A stretch of DNA of 50,849 nt, from positions 17,317-68,165 of the forward strand of contig CAZWIR010000001.1 of NCBI GenBank assembly GCA_964634315.1, in the 5' to 3' direction. A program made the translations under genes and the position numbers. The notes under the pieces were generated by a model. The model was not told the origin of the DNA. It was given only the letters and a program-made list of their open reading frames with translations, and made no database searches. This DNA comes from an uncultured Planctomycetia bacterium. Lineage in GTDB: Bacteria; Omnitrophota; Gorgyraeia; Duberdicusellales; 4484-171. Positions within the stretch are counted from its first letter, which is position 1. Every line of letters starts with the position of its first letter. This document shows, in pieces, positions 44,711-50,849 of this stretch.

Positions 44711-46114
44711 ATGAGTGGAATTTTTGGCGTAGCTTCAAAGAAAGATTGCGTGGAGACTCTGTTTTATTGTACAGATTATCACTCTCATTTAGGAACTGAA
44801 TATGGGGGTATGGCTGTACTTGGCAAAGAGTTTAAGCGGCAAATACATAAGATATCCCAGAGTCAATTCAAGTCAAAATTTTATGATGACTATAAACACA
44901 TGAAAGGCAACAAAGGTATAGGAGTTATTAGTGCCTGTGAAGAACAGCCGATGTATTTAAACTCCAGGTTTGGTCCTTTTTGTATAGTTACTAACGGATT
45001 TATTGAGAATATCGATGATTTAGTCGCAGGTCTTTTTAGAAAAGGAGTTTCTTTTGCCGAAGTTAATAGAGGTAAAGTTAATGTTACCGAGCTTATAGCA
45101 AAGCTTATAAGTCAAGGTGATGATTTGGTCGATGGCATAGAAAAGATGTTTAGCCAGATAAAAGGTTCTTGCTCGCTACTGCTGTTGCATAATGACGGAG
45201 TGTATGCGGCTAGGGATAAACTCGGATATACTCCTCTTGTGGTTGGTAAAAGCAAAGATGTCTGGGCTATTACTTCTGAGACTTGTGCCTTTTCTAATAA
45301 TGATATTAAAGTGGTTAAATATTTAGAGCCGGGTGAGATAGTCTTAGTGAATGAGAAAGGGATGATTCAAAGGAGGTCGGGCAGAGATGTAAATCAGATC
45401 TGTGCGTTTTTATGGATTTATACCGGATTTCCAGCTTCAAACTATGAAGGGGTAAATACAGAGATGGTAAGAGAAAGATGTGGACGTGCTTTAGCCAGGT
45501 GCGATAAAGATATTGACGTAGATTTGGTCTCGGGAGTTCCTGATTCAGGAACTGCTCACGCTATAGGTTATGCTGTGGAGAGTGGTAAACCTTACAGAAG
45601 GCCATTAATAAAGTATACTCCCGGCTATGGCAGGAGTTATACTCCACCTTCTCAAGAAACACGTGATTTGGTTGCCAAGATGAAACTTATTCCGATAAAA
45701 GAAATAATAGAAGGTAACAGAATTGTTATTTGTGATGATTCAATAGTAAGAGGTACTCAGCTAAAGAAGTTTACCATAAATAAACTTTGGGATTCAGGAG
45801 CTAAGGAGATTCACGTTAGGCCGGCTTGTCCACCCTTGATGTTTCCCTGCAAGTTTAATCTATCTATTCGCAACATTAATGAACTTGCTGCCAGGAAAGC
45901 TATTCGTAGTATTGAAGGACATGACCTAGAAGATATTTCTGAATATACTGATTATAATTCTAAAAAATACAAGAAGATGGTAAGGTGGATTGCTAAGGAT
46001 ATAGGAGCCACTACTCTTAGGTATCAGACTGTAGATGATATGGTTGAGGCAATCGGTTTGCCCAAAGAGAAACTTTGTCTTTATTGTTGGACTGGTGAAT
46101 GTCCACAAAAATAA
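44711..46114 (+). CDS. Amidophosphoribosyltransferase (PurF)-like protein with a non-canonical N-terminal nucleophile position (Ser)
   Basis: The PRTase half is well conserved (VSGVPDSGTAHAIGYA, GRSYTPPSQ, IVICDDSIVRGTQ), and Fe-S-type cysteines are present (ICAF, PCKF, CLYCWTGECP). The N-terminus is MSGIFGV instead of MCGI. SD GGAGG lies 8 nt upstream. Confidence 0.8.
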   Translation: MSGIFGVASKKDCVETLFYCTDYHSHLGTEYGGMAVLGKEFKRQIHKISQSQFKSKFYDDYKHMKGNKGIGVISACEEQPMYLNSRFGPFCIVTNGFIENIDDLVAGLFRKGVSFAEVNRGKVNVTELIAKLISQGDDLVDGIEKMFSQIKGSCSLLLLHNDGVYAARDKLGYTPLVVGKSKDVWAITSETCAFSNNDIKVVKYLEPGEIVLVNEKGMIQRRSGRDVNQICAFLWIYTGFPASNYEGVNTEMVRERCGRALARCDKDIDVDLVSGVPDSGTAHAIGYAVESGKPYRRPLIKYTPGYGRSYTPPSQETRDLVAKMKLIPIKEIIEGNRIVICDDSIVRGTQLKKFTINKLWDSGAKEIHVRPACPPLMFPCKFNLSIRNINELAARKAIRSIEGHDLEDISEYTDYNSKKYKKMVRWIAKDIGATTLRYQTVDDMVEAIGLPKEKLCLYCWTGECPQK

Positions 46115-46119
46115 ATTCC

Positions 46120-46148
46120 TTTACAAGTTAATGCGGGCATTGTATAAT
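46120..46148 (+). promoter_or_regulatory. Sigma70-type promoter candidate for hisG
   Basis: TTTACA (46120-46125), a 17-nt spacer, then a perfect TATAAT (46143-46148) preceded by TG. SD AAGGAGG lies before ATG 46170. Confidence 0.55.
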
Positions 46149-46169
46149 TTGTTTCTTTAAGGAGGAAAT

Positions 46170-47045
46170 ATGGCAACATTAAAATTAGGAATACCCAAGG
46201 GAAGCTTGCAGGAGAAGACCTTAGAACTTTTCCGTATGGCCGGTTTTAACATTTATTTAAGTTCAAGGTCATATTTTCCTTCGGTTGATGATGACGAGAT
46301 AAAAATTGTGCTTATTCGAGCTCAGGAAATGTCTCGTTATGTTGAAGAAGGAGTCTTAGATTGTGGTATTACTGGTGAAGATTGGATTCTCGAGAATGGC
46401 TCGAGCGTTTTGAAATTATCCGGACTGCCTTATGCTAAACAGACGCTTAATCCGGTAAGATGGGTGGTTGCAGTAAGGGAGGATTCTCGAATAAAGAAAA
46501 TAAAGGATTTAAAAGGCAAACGAGTTGCTACAGAATTATTAAAGTATACTAAGAGATTTTTTAAGGCTAAGAAGATAGACCTAGATGTAGAGTTTAGTTG
46601 GGGTGCTACTGAGGTTAAGGTAAAGAGCGGTTTAGTTGATGCAATAGTTGAGCTTACCGAGACTGGAACGAGTCTACGAGCTAATGGCTTAAAGATAATC
46701 GATACGGTGTGCACTTCTACTACCCAGTTTATTGCCAATAAATTTTCTTATAAAAATAAATGGAAGAAGAAAAAGATGCAGCAGATTTTATTGCTTCTCA
46801 AAGGAGCCTTAGAGGCTAGAGCTAAAGTTGGTCTTAAGCTAAATATTAAGAAGGAAAATATAGATAAGGTTTTATCTATTCTTCCATCATTGAAGAAACC
46901 AACGATTTCGCAGCTAACCTTAAAGAATTGGGTTGCTTGTGAGGTTATTGTCGAAGAGAGTCAGGTGCGTAAAATTTTACCGCTTTTGAAGGAAAATGGA
47001 GCTCAAGGGATAATAGAATATCCTCTGAATAAAGTTATTTATTAA
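46170..47045 (+). CDS. hisG: ATP phosphoribosyltransferase, long form with a C-terminal regulatory domain
   Basis: LKLGIPKGSLQEKTLELF, GKRVATE, DAIVELTETGTSLRANGLK, and a C-terminal HisG_C-like ~80 aa (VACEVIVEE...GAQGIIEYPLNKV). Confidence 0.85.
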   Translation: MATLKLGIPKGSLQEKTLELFRMAGFNIYLSSRSYFPSVDDDEIKIVLIRAQEMSRYVEEGVLDCGITGEDWILENGSSVLKLSGLPYAKQTLNPVRWVVAVREDSRIKKIKDLKGKRVATELLKYTKRFFKAKKIDLDVEFSWGATEVKVKSGLVDAIVELTETGTSLRANGLKIIDTVCTSTTQFIANKFSYKNKWKKKKMQQILLLLKGALEARAKVGLKLNIKKENIDKVLSILPSLKKPTISQLTLKNWVACEVIVEESQVRKILPLLKENGAQGIIEYPLNKVIY

Positions 47046-47067
47046 TATATAGGCTAAGGGAGTAAGC

Positions 47068-47157
47068 ATGCCTTGCGGAAAGAAAAAGAAACTAAAAAAA
47101 GTAAAAAGACACTGGTTTAAAAAAAGAAGAAAACAGCAAAGGCATAAGTCTAAATAG
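47068..47157 (+). CDS. 29-codon hyperbasic ORF (MPCGKKKKLKKVKRHWFKKRRKQQRHKSK)
   Basis: SD AAGGGAG (47056-47062) lies 5 nt before the ATG. 16 of 29 residues are K or R. The stop is 6 nt before the next ATG (47164), which has no SD of its own. Too short for the ORF track. Confidence 0.4.
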   Translation: MPCGKKKKLKKVKRHWFKKRRKQQRHKSK

Positions 47158-47163
47158 TCATCA

Positions 47164-48132
47164 ATGAGATTTTTTCTGATTTTCATTATTTTATGTTTGT
47201 TCACACCTTTATCTTTTTCTCAAAGTCAAAGGTCTCTTACAAATCTCTATAGCAATTACTTAAAGGGGCTTCTTTACGCTGAGAAAGGAGAATACCTCAA
47301 AAGTTTAGAGGAATTAGAGCATGCCAAGGATAGCGATTCTCAGTCCATCCATATCCGTTTAAAAATTGCTTCGGTTTTAATTCGTCTAGATCGTCTTGGT
47401 GAAGCTGAAGCCGTATTAAAGGAAGCAAAGGAAATTGATCCCGAGAATTTAGACCTTTCCTTAGCCTTGATTTTTGTTTATTCATATGGCGAAAGAAACC
47501 AAGACTTAGAGACTGAGTATGAAGCTTTTTTAAAAAAAGCTCATGATAAGAAACCTAAAGATATAGGTATATCCGAATATCTAGCCCAATTCTATTTTTA
47601 CAAGAAAAGGCCACAGGAAGCAATTAGCGTATACGAGAAAATTTTAGAAATTAACCCTGATTACGTTGAAGCGCTTTTTTGGCTGGGTTATCTTTATGAA
47701 GATTGTGGTCAGCGCAATAAGGCTTTAGAAACATGGGAGAGAGGAGCAGAACTTGATTCTTCTTTTGCCCCGATTTTGAACTGTTTAGGTTATACCTATG
47801 CTGAGGAAGGGGTTAAACTTGATTTAGCTGAAGAAATGGTCAAAAAAGCTTTGGCGGAGGAACCAGAAAATGGAGCTTATCTAGATAGTCTAGGGTGGAT
47901 TTATTATCGAAAGGGGGATACAGAGAAGGCTAAGGAATATATTCTCAAGGCTATAAACTTGATTAAAGATCCTGACGTATATGAACACCTTGGAGATATT
48001 TATATTAGCTTGGGTGAGGAAGATAAAGGTGTTCGTTATTATCAAGAAGGATTTTTACGTTTTCCTGGTGATAAAGGTTTAGAACTAAAACTTAAGAAAT
48101 ATGAAAAAGAAGATAAATCTCCTAAAGGATAA
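47164..48132 (+). CDS. Secreted tetratricopeptide-repeat protein
   Basis: Signal peptide MRFFLIFIILCLFTPLSFS|Q. Repeated 34-aa TPR-like units (e.g. EAISVYEKILEINPDYVEALFWLGYLY, ALETWERGAELDSSFAPILNCLGYTY). Confidence 0.7.
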   Translation: MRFFLIFIILCLFTPLSFSQSQRSLTNLYSNYLKGLLYAEKGEYLKSLEELEHAKDSDSQSIHIRLKIASVLIRLDRLGEAEAVLKEAKEIDPENLDLSLALIFVYSYGERNQDLETEYEAFLKKAHDKKPKDIGISEYLAQFYFYKKRPQEAISVYEKILEINPDYVEALFWLGYLYEDCGQRNKALETWERGAELDSSFAPILNCLGYTYAEEGVKLDLAEEMVKKALAEEPENGAYLDSLGWIYYRKGDTEKAKEYILKAINLIKDPDVYEHLGDIYISLGEEDKGVRYYQEGFLRFPGDKGLELKLKKYEKEDKSPKG

Positions 48133-48934
48133 GGCTAATACAATCAGAAAGCTGATTGTTAAGATGATAGCTGAGGCTAAGAGTGGACATCCTGGAGGGT
48201 CTCTTTCAGCTGCAGAGATTATTGCTTGTCTTTACTTTGAAGTGATGCGTCATGATCCTAAGAATCCTGATTCACCAGGAAGGGATAAGTTTCATCTTTC
48301 TAAAGGACATTGTTGCCCGGCTATTTATTCTGGTTTAGCCTTAAGCGGATATTTTTCTGTTGAAGAGTTGATGAAGCTAAGGAAAATTGGTTGTCTTCTT
48401 CAAGGTCATCCTGATCGAGGTACCCCAGGGATAGAAGTAGCCAGTGGATCTTTGGGCCAAGGTTTGTCGGTTGCTTGTGGTATGAGTATAGCTGCTAAGA
48501 TAGACAAGAGGGATACTCGGGTTTATTGTCTTATGGGGGATGGTGAACTTCAAGAGGGAAATATTTGGGAGGCAGCAATGTCAGCAGCTCATTTTAAACT
48601 AGACAATCTTTGTGGGGTTGTTGATCATAATGGTTTTCAAATTGATGGCCGAACTGAAGAAATAATGAATTTAGCACCTTTGGTTGATAAATGGAAATCC
48701 TTTGGTTGGCATGTTATTCAATGTGATGGGCATAGTATAGAGGAGTTACTTAAAGCATTCGAAGAGGCCAGGACGATTAATCAAAAGCCTACGGTAATTA
48801 TTGCTCAGACAGTTAAAGGTAAGGGAGTATCTTTTATGGAACACGTAGTTGATTTTCACGGACGAGCTCCTACTCAAGAAGAAAAAAATATTGCTTTAGC
48901 TGAGCTAGAAAAAAACTGCAAAGAGGAAGAGTAA
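48101..48934 (+). CDS. Transketolase, N-terminal (TPP-binding) subunit
   Basis: SGHPGGSLSAAEI, GSLGQGLS and GDGELQEGNIWEA. Split-gene form. Confidence 0.9.
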   Translation: MKKKINLLKDKANTIRKLIVKMIAEAKSGHPGGSLSAAEIIACLYFEVMRHDPKNPDSPGRDKFHLSKGHCCPAIYSGLALSGYFSVEELMKLRKIGCLLQGHPDRGTPGIEVASGSLGQGLSVACGMSIAAKIDKRDTRVYCLMGDGELQEGNIWEAAMSAAHFKLDNLCGVVDHNGFQIDGRTEEIMNLAPLVDKWKSFGWHVIQCDGHSIEELLKAFEEARTINQKPTVIIAQTVKGKGVSFMEHVVDFHGRAPTQEEKNIALAELEKNCKEEE

Positions 48935-49860
48935 TGGATAAAATATATACTCGTGATGCTTATGGAAAGACACTTTTGGAATTAGGCAAGAAGCATAAAG
49001 ATATAGTTGTTCTAGACGCTGACCTTTCGGGATCAACCCGAACAGCTTATTTTGGCCGAGAGTTTCCTGAAAGATTTTTCAATTTTGGTGTTGCTGAACA
49101 GAATATGATGGCTGCTGCTGCTGGTTTAGCTAGCTGCGGGAAAATTGTTTTCGCTTCTACCTTTGCTATGTTTGCTACCGCTCGGGCGCTTGATCAAGTA
49201 AGAAATTCAATCTGTTATAATAATTTCAATGTTAAGATTGTGGCTACTCATGGAGGAATAACTGTTGGTGAAGATGGGGCATCACACCAGGCCTTAGAAG
49301 ATATTAATTTTTTCAGAGCAATCCCTAATATGAAGATAATTGTGCCTGCTGATGCTGTACAAACTAGAGAAGCAGTAATTGCAGCTTATCAAACTCCGGG
49401 ACCTTTTTATATTCGTTTAGGCCGTTCAAAAATTCCTACCATTCAGAATAAGAATGATTTTGTCTTTGGTAGGGGGCAGATAATTGAAGAGGGTAAAGAT
49501 TTAGCAATAATTACCTGTGGTATTATGGTTAATCAGTCACTAATGGCAAGTAAGATTTTAAAAGAGAAAGGAATATCAACGACAGTGGCAAATTTTCATA
49601 CTATAAAACCAATTGATCAGGATTTATTAGTAAAGATTGCTAAGGGGCATAAGAAGATTCTTGTCTGTGAAGAGCATCAGATTACCGGTGGTCTCTTTTC
49701 AGCTGTTTCCGAAGTGCTGATTCGTAAATATCCGATTCAGGTAAAGCCTATAGGGGTAGAAGACGAATTTGGTCAATCCGGTTCACCTCAGGAGTTGATG
49801 GATTTTTATGGTCTCTCCGCTAATAATATCGCTGAAAAAGCACAAGAATTTTTGCGGTAG
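48934..49860 (+). CDS. Transketolase, C-terminal (pyrimidine-binding) subunit
   Basis: FNFGVAEQNM, EDGASHQALEDI and a C-terminal transketolase_C-like part. The ATG overlaps the upstream TAA (TAATG). Confidence 0.9.
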   Translation: MDKIYTRDAYGKTLLELGKKHKDIVVLDADLSGSTRTAYFGREFPERFFNFGVAEQNMMAAAAGLASCGKIVFASTFAMFATARALDQVRNSICYNNFNVKIVATHGGITVGEDGASHQALEDINFFRAIPNMKIIVPADAVQTREAVIAAYQTPGPFYIRLGRSKIPTIQNKNDFVFGRGQIIEEGKDLAIITCGIMVNQSLMASKILKEKGISTTVANFHTIKPIDQDLLVKIAKGHKKILVCEEHQITGGLFSAVSEVLIRKYPIQVKPIGVEDEFGQSGSPQELMDFYGLSANNIAEKAQEFLR

Positions 49861-50701
49861 TAAAATTAAAGTTTTAAGTCCAGCCAAAATAAACCTTTAC
49901 CTTAATATAATAGGAAAGTATCCCGGTGGGTTCCATCGACTAGAGAGTATCGTTGAGCGCATCTCATTATGCGATCAGATCTCAATCAAACTAATCACAA
50001 CTCCAGTAATAAAATTAAAATCAAATCTTAAGAAGCTTGAGACTGAGGATAATCTCGTATTTAAAGCTGCTGGGCTTTTGAAGAAGAGATTTAAAATTCC
50101 TTTCGGTTTTGATATTTTTCTCCAAAAAAGAATTCCGATAGGTGCTGGTTTAGGAGGAGGCTCATCTAATGCTGCGTCTACTCTTTTAGGGTTGAACCAG
50201 CTTCTTGGCTTAGGATTAAAAAGAAAGGAAATTTACTCATTGGGTAGACAGTTAGGCAGCGATGTTAATTTTTTCTTATCCGAGAGTCAATTTGCTTTTC
50301 TTACCGGTAGAGGCGAAAAAGTAACGCCTTTAAAAATAATGAAGAAATTCAGTCATTTTATTATTTGGCCAGATATATCTATATCGACTAAAAGAGTTTA
50401 TAGTGGTATGAGAGTAAAATTGACAAAATTTTTTAATAATGCTAATATAATGCGGTATGGTTTAAGGAAAGGGGATGTCCCTTTGGTTAAAAAGAGCATT
50501 TTTAATGCTTTAGAAAAGAGAGCTCTTTTACTTTATGCTGAGCTGGGGCATGCGAAGAGCTACTTGGAGAAAAGAGGTATTTTTGCAAAAGTAACTGGTT
50601 CAGGCAGTGCTTTTTATACTGTTGGTAATGTTGTTTCTTTATCTAAGCTAAAGAGATTAGTTCCTAAAAAGTGGGCTGTTTTTAAAGTGAATACTTTTTA
50701 A
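49808..50701 (+). CDS. ispE: 4-diphosphocytidyl-2-C-methyl-D-erythritol kinase
   Basis: SPAKINLYLNIIGK...GFHRLES and the GHMP motif PIGAGLGGGSSNAAS. The start overlaps the transketolase 3' end by 53 nt and is somewhat uncertain. Confidence 0.85.
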   Translation: MVSPLIISLKKHKNFCGSKIKVLSPAKINLYLNIIGKYPGGFHRLESIVERISLCDQISIKLITTPVIKLKSNLKKLETEDNLVFKAAGLLKKRFKIPFGFDIFLQKRIPIGAGLGGGSSNAASTLLGLNQLLGLGLKRKEIYSLGRQLGSDVNFFLSESQFAFLTGRGEKVTPLKIMKKFSHFIIWPDISISTKRVYSGMRVKLTKFFNNANIMRYGLRKGDVPLVKKSIFNALEKRALLLYAELGHAKSYLEKRGIFAKVTGSGSAFYTVGNVVSLSKLKRLVPKKWAVFKVNTF

Positions 50702-50731
50702 GGCACCTGGTAATGAAAGGAGGTAGGTTTT

Positions 50732-50849
50732 ATGGAGATTACAGAAGTTAGAGTTTCTCTTCGAGAAAGTGAAGGCAAGAGGCTTAAGGCTTACGCAACA
50801 ATTACCTTTGATAACTCCTTTGTGGTACGAAACATCAAGGTTATTGAAG
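50732..50849 (+). CDS. spoVG: SpoVG family protein (5' part, runs off the window)
   Basis: [39 protein letters not shown] matches the SpoVG N-terminus. SD AAAGGAGG lies upstream. Confidence 0.85.
   Translation, partial: MEITEVRVSLRESEGKRLKAYATITFDNSFVVRNIKVIE

Overview
This is a visibly AT-rich, very gene-dense 50.8-kb bacterial chromosomal segment (standard code 11; TGA is used as a stop). Every supportable gene, about 50 in total, lies on the + strand, and many have start/stop overlaps. The content is mostly core housekeeping, in this order:

1. The tail of a T2SS/type IV pilus-like pseudopilin operon: PilO-like, two minor pseudopilins, GspK-like, GspG.
2. A lipoprotein, an MBL hydrolase, xerD, cca and rbfA-nrnA-truB-ribF.
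3. A long dcw cluster: mraZ-(62-aa ORF)-rsmH-ftsL-ftsI-murE-murF-mraY-murD-ftsW-murG-(secreted HExxH peptidase)-murC-murB-ddl-ftsQ-ftsA-like.
4. A 642-aa unknown protein plus an HD-GYP phosphodiesterase.
5. A glycolipid-type trio (MGDG-synthase-like GT, LpxL/PatA-family acyltransferase, GT2) plus a small membrane protein.
6. Nitrogen and redox genes: gdhA, a glutamine-synthetase-family gene, and a NuoE/NuoF-like pair with a NuoG-Nterm::GltD fusion (Stn/NfnABC-type).
7. carB, a UPF0371/DUF1846 protein, a PurF-like protein, hisG, a 29-codon hyperbasic ORF, a TPR protein, split transketolase, ispE and the start of spoVG.

I saw no rRNA, tRNA, CRISPR array, transposase, phage or defence-island genes. 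I cannot point to a clear-cut new system. The most unusual points are:
- the dcw cluster ends in an FtsA homologue whose ATP-binding motifs are degenerate;
- the usual ftsZ slot is taken by the 642-aa/HD-GYP pair, which share an N-terminal module;
- MurE lacks its whole N-terminal domain;
- carB has no carA but is translationally coupled to DUF1846, next to a PurF paralogue with Ser in place of the Cys1 nucleophile;
- a strong terminator hairpin sits in the carB leader.

All homology statements come from by-eye motif and alignment recognition. No searches were run.
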